64,000 nucleotides of DNA, from positions 175,551 to 239,550 of the IMG/VR virus record IMGVR_UViG_3300033183_000491; one strand, given 5' to 3'. This document shows, one piece after another, positions 1 to 9,824 of the stretch; the stretch's first letter is position 1, and every line of letters starts with the position of its first letter. Position numbers and translations under genes: made by a program. Below the pieces are notes generated by a model, which saw only the letters and a program-made list of their open reading frames with translations, searched no databases and was not told the origin of the DNA.

Positions 1-1
1 T

Positions 2-2611
2 CGGAGTGATTAAACCAGCATTTGTAACAGGAATATATTCTAAATCATTAGGGATGTTTAAGCCTGACTTAAATTCAGAAATTGTAACTTTTTTATGTGT
101 AGTAGATTCACTATCTTTTAAAACAATTAAGTCGTTATCTGTTACACTATCATTTATTGAAAGCGGATTAAAATTCTCAATATCAAAACTATTTGCTGAT
201 TTTATATCAGAAAATGCAACTTTTTTAAGTAATGTAGATGAATCATCATATACCAAGAAAGTATCGTCATCAGATAAAGGGCCATCACTGTTTGGATCGT
301 TTGGATCTGAGTTGTAAAGAGTTTGTTCACTTATTGATTTTGAAGTTAACGAAGAAGATAATTTTTGTACGCCATTGTCATCAACTACGCTAAATCCAAC
401 TTGACCTATCGAATCAGTAATATCTGCTCTTATATAATTTTTTAATACAGATGCAGTGGATTTTGTTGTTAAACCATTTGGTGAATTAGCGCTAACATCT
501 CTTACAATAAATAAATCATCATCAGCAATTGAATTTAAAACTGTATCGATATCATCCGGGTTAATTGCATTTTCGTTCACTGAAGAAGCTATAATATCTC
601 CTGATATTTTACTAACAGGAATATCGGGAAGTCTAGCTACGTCAATTGTACCAGTAAGAAGAGTAGAATCTACATTTTTTATTTTTAGATAATTATTATC
701 AGGATCAACTTCGATTGATGTACCATCTGTTTTAACATCAAATACATTACCTGTTTTTGATAAAGCAGCCCCAGCTTCGGTTTGGCCTGCCGCAGAGAAT
801 TTTGCAAATAAGATATCGTCATTTCCAACTGTATCAGCTGTTTCAGGCGAAGTACATATAAACCCAGATTGAGCATAAGTGTCACCTTCTTCGACAAATA
901 CAAACTTGGCTGAGACTTCATCGTTTAATTCAAAATCACTAGACCTTACAGCAGCACCTGATGCTTGAACTATATAAATACCATTATCGCGAGGGTCATT
1001 TTGATCTCTAACTAAAATTCTATCACCTGTTGAAACATTAACACCATCAATCAAATCATTATTTTCAAGTTGGTCTGCAAGATTTATATTTGTTGTAGTT
1101 GCAAGCCTTACAGGTTGTAATACCTCTCTAAGACCTTGTACAACAAGATCAACATATTGTTTGTTTGCAGCGTCAGCATCATTTTGCGGTTGCTCTACAA
1201 GCGTTAAAGAGTTTAAAGATGCATCACCATTTGATTGAATATAATTTGTTAAATCAGGTAAATCAGCTGCTGTGATAAAGTCTGTAATTTCATCGTCTGT
1301 AACATAGTTGTCTAAACTAGATGAAGTTAAGAATCCCTGGTCTGAAACCCAGCCTTGAGTTGCAAAATATGCTGTTCTAGTGTCAATCTCTGATTGTGTT
1401 GGATCGTTAAACTTATATGTAAAAGTGAGTGGAATATTGTTGTTTGTAAAGAAAGTATCGTCAACATTTTCTATTCTTAAACTTTTTCCTCCTTGTGTTT
1501 CAAGACTTAGTTTTGTGTCTCCATTTGTGTTAGATGTAACTACTAAAACATTACCACTGTCAGTACTTTGCAATTTTAATTTTGCATTGTCTGCTGCAGA
1601 GTCAGATTTTGCAATCATTCTTAATTCATCTGCTGATGTTTTAATAGAGTGAGTACCAACTGAAAGATCTCCTCCTAGAACTGGTGCAGGATCATCTTCG
1701 ACTGCTTCTAATCCACCACTTCCTAGTTTAACCCATTTCATATTTGAAGTAGCAGTTCTAGAACTTCCATCTGTATGTGGAACTGTAAAGAATATCTTTT
1801 GAGTATTACTATCACCTTTTAATACAGCAACTCTTACTCCAGAAAAGTCACTCGTAGCAATTAAGTCATTTGCTCTAACTGCAGGACCTTCTGCTGCAGA
1901 AACGATGTAAATACCATTTTCAGAAGGTGTGGCCTGATCTTTGACTAGGACTCTGTCACCTGTTGTTAGAATCTGTCCATCAATCTCAATCCCGTTTACA
2001 AGTGCCGTTGTTAAATCAATCGGTTCTGTTGTTGCAAACTTAACATCTTCTAATGACGTAGTTACATTTTCATAGACCAAGCTCTCATTGACTAAAGTAC
2101 CAATTTGTAAATTTTTAGATGCATTATCAATTCTTAAGTTTGAACTACCAAGATTTAAACCATCGTTAAGGAGATAAAGATCACGAATTGGTAAACTAGA
2201 AAGACCAAGATCAAAATCGCTTACTCTAGGAACAAAGTGACCTTGATCATTTATGTACCACTTTTCATCACCTGATATTGAAAAAGATATTTTGTTCTCT
2301 AATGGGTCTGATGTCTTAATCGCTTCAACACTTGTCTGAGCACCTTCTTCACCTTCGAAAATTTTATCGACCTGAGATGATCCTGCTGAAGAAGAACTTA
2401 TTTTATAATGAATTCCTGATCCATCTTCAAAATTTTCTATGGTAATATTATCTCCAGAAACTAATAAAGGTGCACCAGATGTGTTATTCAGGGTATCAGT
2501 TTTCATTTCTTGGATTAATCCAAGAGTTGCATTAATTCCTGCCCATCTTCTTGTTGGAAGGCCTAATTTTCCTTCACTATCTTGTCTAGGTACTAAATTC
2601 TTAGTTGCCAT
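2..2611 (-). CDS. Large tail-fibre/virion structural protein, 3'-truncated by window edge (>=870 aa)
   Basis: Not in ORF track. Hand translation from ATG 2611 (AGGAG SD upstream) is open to the edge: MATKNLVPRQ...; two copies of a domain (ATT...IDG...TGDR(V/I)LV(K/R)DQ...NGIYIV) and a DAANKQYVD motif typical of phage fibre proteins. Confidence 0.8.
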   Translation of the reverse strand, partial: MATKNLVPRQDSEGKLGLPTRRWAGINATLGLIQEMKTDTLNNTSGAPLLVSGDNITIENFEDGSGIHYKISSSSAGSSQVDKIFEGEEGAQTSVEAIKTSDPLENKISFSISGDEKWYINDQGHFVPRVSDFDLGLSSLPIRDLYLLNDGLNLGSSNLRIDNASKNLQIGTLVNESLVYENVTTSLEDVKFATTEPIDLTTALVNGIEIDGQILTTGDRVLVKDQATPSENGIYIVSAAEGPAVRANDLIATSDFSGVRVAVLKGDSNTQKIFFTVPHTDGSSRTATSNMKWVKLGSGGLEAVEDDPAPVLGGDLSVGTHSIKTSADELRMIAKSDSAADNAKLKLQSTDSGNVLVVTSNTNGDTKLSLETQGGKSLRIENVDDTFFTNNNIPLTFTYKFNDPTQSEIDTRTAYFATQGWVSDQGFLTSSSLDNYVTDDEITDFITAADLPDLTNYIQSNGDASLNSLTLVEQPQNDADAANKQYVDLVVQGLREVLQPVRLATTTNINLADQLENNDLIDGVNVSTGDRILVRDQNDPRDNGIYIVQASGAAVRSSDFELNDEVSAKFVFVEEGDTYAQSGFICTSPETADTVGNDDILFAKFSAAGQTEAGAALSKTGNVFDVKTDGTSIEVDPDNNYLKIKNVDSTLLTGTIDVARLPDIPVSKISGDIIASSVNENAINPDDIDTVLNSIADDDLFIVRDVSANSPNGLTTKSTASVLKNYIRADITDSIGQVGFSVVDDNGVQKLSSSLTSKSISEQTLYNSDPNDPNSDGPLSDDDTFLVYDDSSTLLKKVAFSDIKSANSFDIENFNPLSINDSVTDNDLIVLKDSESTTHKKVTISEFKSGLNIPNDLEYIPVTNAGLITP

Positions 2612-2693
2612 ATTCTACAATCTCCTAGATATTTCTTTTAATACTAATTATGTATTAATGTTTGTTTAACTTAGATAATATCAAATAAATTTT

Positions 2694-3275
2694 TTAACTG
2701 TTTAAATTGTATCCATTAGGTGCGAATGGATTATAAAAATAAAATCCTGTGCCGTCTCTTCCTGTAGTGCCTAAAGCTGCACTTTGAGACGATCCTGTAG
2801 GTCCGCTAAAGTCGATTCTAAATGCATCTCCTCCACCTCGGTCACCTACCATTGCTTTAATAGGATAATAAACACCAGCACTTAAGCTAATCGATCCATC
2901 ACCATTGATTTCACCGTGTGCTCCTCCTGCATCACAAAGAGCATTATTTTTATTTAGGTCCCACTCTAGGCTTTTTGCATCATCACCAATCCATAAGTAT
3001 CCAGCATCGTCACATCTAATTCTAAATTCCCAAGTCCCTGTAACATCTGGTTTAAAAAGGCCGCAAACTACGTGTGTATCTAAGTCTGCTATAACAGACG
3101 ATCTGTTGATCTGAGTTAAAGCTCCTTCACCTGACCAAGAAGAGTCCAGGTTTCCTTCTAACCTGCTTGGATCATCATTTGTCCCGGGATGATCACCTGA
3201 AGTGTCTGCATTTATGTATGCATCAAACTTTCTAATATAAAGTCCACTTTTAAGTTGTTTTCTAAATATAAACAT
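2694..3275 (-). CDS. PA14/GLEYA-type carbohydrate-binding domain protein
   Basis: FKPDVTGTWEFRIRCDDAGYLWIG...HG...SLSAGVYYPIK matches the PA14 pattern; overlaps stop of upstream fibre gene. Confidence 0.75.
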   Translation of the reverse strand: MFIFRKQLKSGLYIRKFDAYINADTSGDHPGTNDDPSRLEGNLDSSWSGEGALTQINRSSVIADLDTHVVCGLFKPDVTGTWEFRIRCDDAGYLWIGDDAKSLEWDLNKNNALCDAGGAHGEINGDGSISLSAGVYYPIKAMVGDRGGGDAFRIDFSGPTGSSQSAALGTTGRDGTGFYFYNPFAPNGYNLNS

Positions 3276-6142
3276 TAGTTCCTCGTAAAGAATAAGTTAG
3301 CTCTTAACCCTTGCGCATTTGCAGGTGTAGCTGTTATAGCTAAAGTTAATGCATCACCTGCGTCACAAGAAGAATTAGAAACAGTTGTTGTTGAGCCAGA
3401 CGTTGTTGTTGTTCCTAAAGTTAAAGTAATCATAGACAAACTATCAGTTGTGTTTGTTAAAGTTACTGTTACATCACCAGAAGTTGTATGTTGGTCTAGA
3501 TATAATTCTAATTTAGAAACTGTAAGACCAAACGGACAATTAAATCTGAATGCATTCGTATCTGTTTGTAGATCAACCCCTGGAATACTCAATTCTGCAA
3601 CAATAACTTCTTCGGGTTTGTCCCAAGTTAAAGAAGAACCATTATACATTAAAAAGTCATTTGTTGAAGGAGCTTCGACAGAAGTATCTAATTTGTTTAG
3701 TTCATCTGCAGTAGATGTTACTAATGTACTTCCAAGAGTTAAGCCTTCGTCCACGCCGTTATGACGAGGTATAATCGTTATACAACCGTCAGCAGTTCCA
3801 TCAATTCTAAACCCTTCGTATCCACCACCATTTCCTCCACCTTGAACGTATATATTGAGTCGGCCTTCTTCAGCACCAACTGTAGTGTCAATCATTTGAG
3901 TTCTAATCTTTGAAAACTCATGAATTCCGCCACCGGCATTTTCTCCATAAAACTCTATAGTCCCTGCATATCCTGCGCCAGTTGAATAATTTTGAATTCT
4001 TAAAGTAGGACCTAAAGAGTTTGTATCACCATTTTCAGTCGATATAGTAAATCTAGGCTCAAAAGTCCCTGAGGCAGAAGATGGCATCGACATAGTTAAT
4101 CCTTCATCAGGACTATGTCTAAGATAAACGTCGCTGTCATTTCCAAATTTAATATAAGAACCGTCTCCTAAGTATAAATATTTCCACTCAGCATTGACAG
4201 CACCTAAATTATACGTATTAACTGCTGAAGGTAGTAGATGTCCTGTGATTCCAAACCCATTAGGATCTAAGTTGCCACCTAATTGAGGTGTTGTATCATC
4301 AACTAAGTCTGAGCTACCTGAAGAAGCTGTTGCAAAAGTTAGCTGGCCACTTCCATTTGTTTGTAAAACTTGTCCAGAAGTTCCATCGGACGTTGGAAAT
4401 GAATATGCATTATTAAATGTAATAATACCAGTTTCATCAATTTTGAGTCTGTTAGAAGTTGTACCGCCTGTTCCTGTATTAAATTCTAACGTACCACCAT
4501 AAGTTGAACCGCTTACTGTTGCACTTGATTTAATTACTGCACTTTCTAGAAAAGACGTTCCATTGTGGCCATACATTACAAATTTACCAAGCTCGTCTGC
4601 AGCAGAAACTGCAGTTGGTGTCGAAACTGTTCCCCTTGCTTTTTGTAATAAAACATCAGGACCATCTGCAGATGTATGATACTGGTCTATTCTCATTGAA
4701 CCTTCATATTGTACGTCTCCCACTAAGTGTAATGTTCTTGCGGGAGAACTAGTTCCAATACCTATACGATCATTTGTTGTATCTATCGTTAATAAATCTG
4801 TAGACAATACACTAGAACCATCACTATTAGCAACCAATATAGCATTATTAGTTAAAGTAGAAGGCATTGAGTAACCATCACCAACCAAAAAAGTTCCTGA
4901 TAAGTCTGGTAAAGTTAAAGTTCTGTTTGATGAAAGAGAGCTTTGGCCTTGAATTTGTATGTAGTTTGTTCCGTGTTTTTCGCCTGTTCCATCTTCATAT
5001 ATTCTTAAGGGATTATCATAATGAAAACCAACAGAGTTAACGTCAATCCACATACGTGCATTTTCTGGGTGTGCTCCAGTTCCACCAGATGCATCTGATG
5101 CACCTTTGTCTGGGAGTTCGAGATAAAAACCAACTCTTCTATTTGCAGCACCTGCTTGATCATCAATTGCCCCAAACCATTGTTCATACCATAATTGGCC
5201 TTGTCCGTATTGTCTTGTGTTAGAAGAGTACCAATTTGCAAACTTTACCTTTACAGTATCTTCATTGTAAGCAAAAAATTGCGACCCTGATCCTCCGAGA
5301 GATAGCCTATTAGATACTGTGATATTCTGTGATGTCAATAAACCATTACTATCAGCACCTCCAGTATTGTTCCAAGTTAGATTTGAACTTAAAGACACGC
5401 TAGAACTGTCACTATTAGATGTCAAGACAGCGTTATTAGTAAGTGTTGAAGGCAATTGATAGCTACTCTGTGTAGACTGATTCGATGCATTACCAATAAA
5501 GAATTTACCTTCATTTAAGTTAGGTGTAGCATTTGTTCTTCCCGCACCTCCAACCAAAACCTCACCATTATTCACATGAGCTTTTACAATTTTACCAATG
5601 TTTTGAATTAAGTTAGATCCTGTTGGTGCTGATGTTTGGAATCCTCCTGCAGTTGTAGAGCTTACATAAAGTGTGTCACCCTCACTATTCGCACCGTCTG
5701 TATCGATACCTTTAAATAAACCGCTGTAAACAACATATCCTTCAGCTTCAGCTGCAATATCGTTTTGAACAAAACCAAAAGCAGGCATTGTTGCAGAAGA
5801 ATTTGACTGCGCTAAAGAAACTTCTGGTTTATTACCACTATGTCCTGATATGTAAACTAATTGTCCTTTAGTTAAAGCAGTTGTAGTAGAAGGGTTTTTT
5901 ACCGGGAATGATAACGCTTTTGGCAAAGAGTCACCTTGTAAAAGAGCAATATCTCCATCTTCGTCAGGAAAGTTAATTGTTCTATCATCAGTAGGATCAG
6001 TAACTGTTAATTGTAATTCAAAATCGTTACTAGTTTCTCCTTCAAATGCTAGCCCACCTGAACCAATAACTATTCTATCAGTTGGTTTTAAGACCTTTTT
6101 TGATCCATTTTCATAATATACAAACTTATCAATATCTGCCAT
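3275..6142 (-). CDS. Tail fibre / adhesin-like protein (955 aa)
   Basis: G/S/T/N-rich; internal repeat PSTLTNNA(V/I)L x2; DDTTPQLGGNLD and GHLLP...YNLG...YLYL fibre modules. Confidence 0.75.
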   Translation of the reverse strand: MADIDKFVYYENGSKKVLKPTDRIVIGSGGLAFEGETSNDFELQLTVTDPTDDRTINFPDEDGDIALLQGDSLPKALSFPVKNPSTTTALTKGQLVYISGHSGNKPEVSLAQSNSSATMPAFGFVQNDIAAEAEGYVVYSGLFKGIDTDGANSEGDTLYVSSTTAGGFQTSAPTGSNLIQNIGKIVKAHVNNGEVLVGGAGRTNATPNLNEGKFFIGNASNQSTQSSYQLPSTLTNNAVLTSNSDSSSVSLSSNLTWNNTGGADSNGLLTSQNITVSNRLSLGGSGSQFFAYNEDTVKVKFANWYSSNTRQYGQGQLWYEQWFGAIDDQAGAANRRVGFYLELPDKGASDASGGTGAHPENARMWIDVNSVGFHYDNPLRIYEDGTGEKHGTNYIQIQGQSSLSSNRTLTLPDLSGTFLVGDGYSMPSTLTNNAILVANSDGSSVLSTDLLTIDTTNDRIGIGTSSPARTLHLVGDVQYEGSMRIDQYHTSADGPDVLLQKARGTVSTPTAVSAADELGKFVMYGHNGTSFLESAVIKSSATVSGSTYGGTLEFNTGTGGTTSNRLKIDETGIITFNNAYSFPTSDGTSGQVLQTNGSGQLTFATASSGSSDLVDDTTPQLGGNLDPNGFGITGHLLPSAVNTYNLGAVNAEWKYLYLGDGSYIKFGNDSDVYLRHSPDEGLTMSMPSSASGTFEPRFTISTENGDTNSLGPTLRIQNYSTGAGYAGTIEFYGENAGGGIHEFSKIRTQMIDTTVGAEEGRLNIYVQGGGNGGGYEGFRIDGTADGCITIIPRHNGVDEGLTLGSTLVTSTADELNKLDTSVEAPSTNDFLMYNGSSLTWDKPEEVIVAELSIPGVDLQTDTNAFRFNCPFGLTVSKLELYLDQHTTSGDVTVTLTNTTDSLSMITLTLGTTTTSGSTTTVSNSSCDAGDALTLAITATPANAQGLRANLFFTRN

Positions 6143-6164
6143 TTTAATTTATTCTTTCTATTTT

Positions 6165-6689
6165 CTATTCTGTTTGACAAGCGTTGACATACATGTCTTC
6201 ATCGATAGGCATAACGTTGCCTTCACTGTCAAATTCAAAATATCTGTCTGATGCTGTTTCTCTTATCGTCATAGTATATTGTATGTGTTCTAAAGTTCCT
6301 TCGTCATTAAAAGTATTAAGGTCTAAAGCAAACAATCCTGTTGTTCCATCTAGTATGTTTGTTGGAATAAGATTATTTTCATCTAAAGGATCAATTTGCC
6401 ACAAAGAATCTTCAGACCTATCGTTATAAAGATGTCCTCTTATGATAACATCTCCTCCAAATTCTACGACAGAATCTGGTAAGTTATTTTTCTTTCCACA
6501 GATTTTTCCGCTTACATAAAGATAAGTTGATTCGTCAACATTTTGAAGCATGCTTTCTGGAATAGATCCACGATCATCTAATGCTAATTCTGGAGTATTA
6601 GGATAGACAATTAATTTTGGCCCTGTTTCACCAGAACCAATTATCTTTGAGGTTTTAATTTGATTAGCTAAAAAGTCTCTTGCTGCCAT
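6165..6689 (-). CDS. Hypothetical protein (probably structural)
   Basis: 174 aa ORF co-oriented in tight operon. Confidence 0.6.
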   Translation of the reverse strand: MAARDFLANQIKTSKIIGSGETGPKLIVYPNTPELALDDRGSIPESMLQNVDESTYLYVSGKICGKKNNLPDSVVEFGGDVIIRGHLYNDRSEDSLWQIDPLDENNLIPTNILDGTTGLFALDLNTFNDEGTLEHIQYTMTIRETASDRYFEFDSEGNVMPIDEDMYVNACQTE

Positions 6690-6694
6690 AATAT

Positions 6695-6913
6695 TTACCT
6701 TGATATAACTATATAATGAACATTTATTTCACTATTACTGGATTTGTTTATTTTAAAATTATTTGTAGAAGTTTCTGATATGAAAATGTTTTCGCATGAA
6801 TCAGAAGTTATTTTTATTACTGGGATTTGATTATAATTACTAGTAAGATTTACTATTTTTTCACTTTCATTAGAAAGAATTGTAACTTTTCCAGTCTCAA
6901 ATTCAACTGCCAT
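6695..6913 (-). CDS. Small beta-rich hypothetical protein, paralog of 6916..7242
   Basis: ETGKVTI...YNQIPVIKIT...NIFIS...HYIVI resembles neighbour (YNSLPVIALT...NVFIT...HIHVY). Confidence 0.6.
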   Translation of the reverse strand: MAVEFETGKVTILSNESEKIVNLTSNYNQIPVIKITSDSCENIFISETSTNNFKINKSSNSEINVHYIVISR

Positions 6914-6915
6914 AA

Positions 6916-7242
6916 TTATTCTCCTTCATAAACATGGATATGAACTTTTCCCGTAAAGTTATTTGAACTTTCAACAGTAATACTAGAAGTAGTTAGAGAA
7001 GTAATAAACACGTTGACATTTTCATCTTCAGGTGTTAAAGCAATAACAGGAAGAGAATTATAATTTTCTGTAAAGAAATAATCCTCACTATAAGAGTTTA
7101 CAAAGTCTATCGTAGCAACTTCAACTTTGATACCTCCTGCATCTATAACTTCTTGAGTTGTTAGATATTGTTTATAAATTGGCTTGACACGAATAAGCGG
7201 ATAATTTTTTCTTAATCTATTTGCATCGAATAATTTAGACAT
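6916..7242 (-). CDS. Small beta-rich hypothetical protein
   Basis: 108 aa ORF; C-terminal part similar to 6695..6913. Confidence 0.6.
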   Translation of the reverse strand: MSKLFDANRLRKNYPLIRVKPIYKQYLTTQEVIDAGGIKVEVATIDFVNSYSEDYFFTENYNSLPVIALTPEDENVNVFITSLTTSSITVESSNNFTGKVHIHVYEGE

Positions 7243-7251
7243 TTTTATTCC

Positions 7252-8580
7252 TTAAAGTTTTGCTGCAACTATATTTGCAAGATCTGATCTATATCCCTTA
7301 GTGAAATTAATATGACCTGTTAAAGATTCTTCTTTTAATTTTTCAACTGTAAGAGTTAATCCATTCGATAATTTATTAATATAAGGTAAATCAACTTGTT
7401 CTATATCACCTAACAAAATTATTTTTGAATTTTTGCCTGTTCTAGTAATTACAGTTTTTAATTCATGGACAGTTGCATTTTGAGCTTCGTCAACAATCAT
7501 TACAGAGTCATTAAAACTTCTTCCTCTGATATGTGATAAAGGTGCTACGTCAATCTGACCTTTTTCCATCATCATTTCGAAATAAGAAAGATCTCCAAAT
7601 TGATTTCTAAAGTTATCTACAATTGGTGATAACCAAGGAGACATCTTTTCATTTAAGTCTCCGGGCAAGAAGCCAATATCTTTCCCTACTGTCTGAATAG
7701 GTCTTGTAAATATGATTCTTTTCTTTGAACCTTTTTCTATAAACTTTAATGCAGTCATTAAAGCTAAGTATGTCTTACCACTACCAGGAACGCCTGTTAG
7801 AGAAACTAAAGGTATATTTTCATCTAATAAAAGACTTAAAGCAAATATTTGTTCTTTATTTTTAGGTTCAATACCAGAATTTTTATATAACTCTTTTTTT
7901 CCGTCCAAAACAATCAAACGATCATCTTTTCTTATTAGAAGACATGATTGATTACTTCCGTTGTTAGATTTAAGAATTAAAAATTCATTTTCAGAAATGT
8001 CTATATTATAGTTTTCTTCAACAAGGTCTTCTTTTATCTTCAAATGATTACCAGAATAGGCTCTGTTTATAACATCTGGGTCAACTAATAGTTCAACATA
8101 CCCTTGGAATAAATTGTCTTTCTGCACAAATTCGTAATCTGCATAATAATCATCTGCTTCTATTCCTACAGAATCACATTTTACTCTTAGATTAATGTCT
8201 TTAGTAATTAAAACAACTTTATTACTTAAATTTTTAAAATAGTTTGCATTAGAAATTATTTTATTATCATTTTGGTTTTGATCTAATCCTTGTAAACCTG
8301 ACCAATCACATTCAGCATTTACTGTTATTGATATATCTTTATCTTCAACATATATTCCTGAATGTAGGCTTCCTAATTTTCTTAAATCGTCTAGATATCT
8401 ATTAAAAAATCTAGCATGTTCTCCTAAAATACCCTCTCTTGTTTTAAATTTATCTAGTTCTTCTAAAACAACTAAAGGTATTACTATATCATTTCCTTTC
8501 ATATTAAACAAAGAAAATTTGTCATAAAGTAAAACGCTAGTGTCAACAATAAAAGTTTTTCTAATATGTTTTTTACTCAT
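7252..8580 (-). CDS. phoH: PIN-domain PhoH-family ATPase
   Basis: N-terminal PIN (FIVDTSVLL), Walker A GVPGSGKT, RGRSF, DEAQN, GDIEQVD. Confidence 0.92.
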   Translation of the reverse strand: MSKKHIRKTFIVDTSVLLYDKFSLFNMKGNDIVIPLVVLEELDKFKTREGILGEHARFFNRYLDDLRKLGSLHSGIYVEDKDISITVNAECDWSGLQGLDQNQNDNKIISNANYFKNLSNKVVLITKDINLRVKCDSVGIEADDYYADYEFVQKDNLFQGYVELLVDPDVINRAYSGNHLKIKEDLVEENYNIDISENEFLILKSNNGSNQSCLLIRKDDRLIVLDGKKELYKNSGIEPKNKEQIFALSLLLDENIPLVSLTGVPGSGKTYLALMTALKFIEKGSKKRIIFTRPIQTVGKDIGFLPGDLNEKMSPWLSPIVDNFRNQFGDLSYFEMMMEKGQIDVAPLSHIRGRSFNDSVMIVDEAQNATVHELKTVITRTGKNSKIILLGDIEQVDLPYINKLSNGLTLTVEKLKEESLTGHINFTKGYRSDLANIVAAKL

Positions 8581-8652
8581 TATCTAGTAAAATCTTTCTT
8601 TTAAATCTATAATAAAATAAATATCAAATTTATTAGAAAGGTTTATTAAATA

Positions 8653-8916
8653 ATGAGTAATAATACAGATAGTTTAAATAATGTAACATGCTATAATGCA
8701 CATAAACTAAAAAACAAAAGCTGTAAAAATAAAAAATGCAGATACTGGCATGATCTAAACGATGATGACAATAACTGCATTTTAAACAAGGTAAATTCTG
8801 ATAAGGATTTTACTTTGCAAGAAATAGGCGATTTATTTGGTATTACTAGAATGAGAGTATGTCAAATCGAGAAAGGAATTCTCGATAAAATTAAAAAGAA
8901 CTTAACTCTTGCCTAG
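8653..8916 (+). CDS. Stand-alone sigma-70 region-4 HTH protein with Cys/His-rich N-terminus
   Basis: FTLQEIGDLFGITRMRVCQIEKGILDKIKK. Confidence 0.8.
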   Translation: MSNNTDSLNNVTCYNAHKLKNKSCKNKKCRYWHDLNDDDNNCILNKVNSDKDFTLQEIGDLFGITRMRVCQIEKGILDKIKKNLTLA

Positions 8917-9126
8917 AGTAAATTTAACAAAATCTCCAGTGAATCCTTTTAGGTGTCGGAGGCTTTTTCTAAGTCTAACTCCTGCAGCTTTGTTTCCTTT
9001 ATTAGCTTTCAAAGAATCTGATTCAATACTTTCTACTAAAAGTTTTAGATGATCAAAGTGATCACTAATAGACTCAAGAGTAATTTCTTCTGTTGTAACT
9101 TCATTTTCTGTAGTCTCTGTTGACAT
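8902..9126 (-). CDS. Histone H1-like (Hc1-family) small DNA-binding protein
   Basis: KANKGNKAAGVRLRKSL matches the GNKAAG.R.RK signature; AGGAG SD. Confidence 0.65.
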   Translation of the reverse strand: MSTETTENEVTTEEITLESISDHFDHLKLLVESIESDSLKANKGNKAAGVRLRKSLRHLKGFTGDFVKFTLGKS

Positions 9127-9135
9127 GTTTTCTCC

Positions 9136-9357
9136 TTAAATAATTAGATTTTCTTTTTTAATTTCAACGTTTTCTTCAGTAGGTCTTACTATCTTGTGGA
9201 TAGATCTCATCATTTCTGTGTTTTCTAACTCATATGATAGTATCTCAATAATTTTAATAATTTCTTTATCATTAACACCAAAATTAACAATTTCAGATGT
9301 AATATTTCTACATTTTTCGATTGATTTAATATCTTCAATTTTACTTGCATCTAACAT
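9136..9357 (-). CDS. Hypothetical protein
   Basis: 73 aa ORF, translationally coupled to upstream gene. Confidence 0.6.
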   Translation of the reverse strand: MLDASKIEDIKSIEKCRNITSEIVNFGVNDKEIIKIIEILSYELENTEMMRSIHKIVRPTEENVEIKKENLII

Positions 9358-9824
9358 TACAAATACCTTTGTGTAACTTCTTTTTTAAGTTTAAATTTTC
9401 CATCATTAAATTCTATGAGATTAATTACTATATTATTATCAATTTCATTTTTGTTTAATACTAAAATGCCACTTTCACCACTTTCGATCAAATATTCTGT
9501 TAATTCCCAGTCTGAAATGTGGCATTGATTTTTTTCTAAAAGACTAACTAAAGTATCTAAGTTATTAGACAATAAATTAAATTTTATATCTTCTTTTGTG
9601 TTTATAAGAGATACTAAACTCTCGTTTCCCCATTTAATTTCACTTTTACAAACTTCGGTAACAAAGTGAATAATGTTACAATTTTCACACATAACATATT
9701 TTTCTTCAACATTGTTATCATTCATTTTAGAAAAAACTGGGAATTTGTGATAAACTGGTTTTGTTTTATTTTTAAATAAAGAAAGTGTACATTGACACTC
9801 TATAAGATGTTTTATGTAATTCAT
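9357..9824 (-). CDS. Hypothetical protein, putative Zn-binding
   Basis: ECQC and CENC...H...C motifs; coupled ORF. Confidence 0.6.
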   Translation of the reverse strand: MNYIKHLIECQCTLSLFKNKTKPVYHKFPVFSKMNDNNVEEKYVMCENCNIIHFVTEVCKSEIKWGNESLVSLINTKEDIKFNLLSNNLDTLVSLLEKNQCHISDWELTEYLIESGESGILVLNKNEIDNNIVINLIEFNDGKFKLKKEVTQRYL

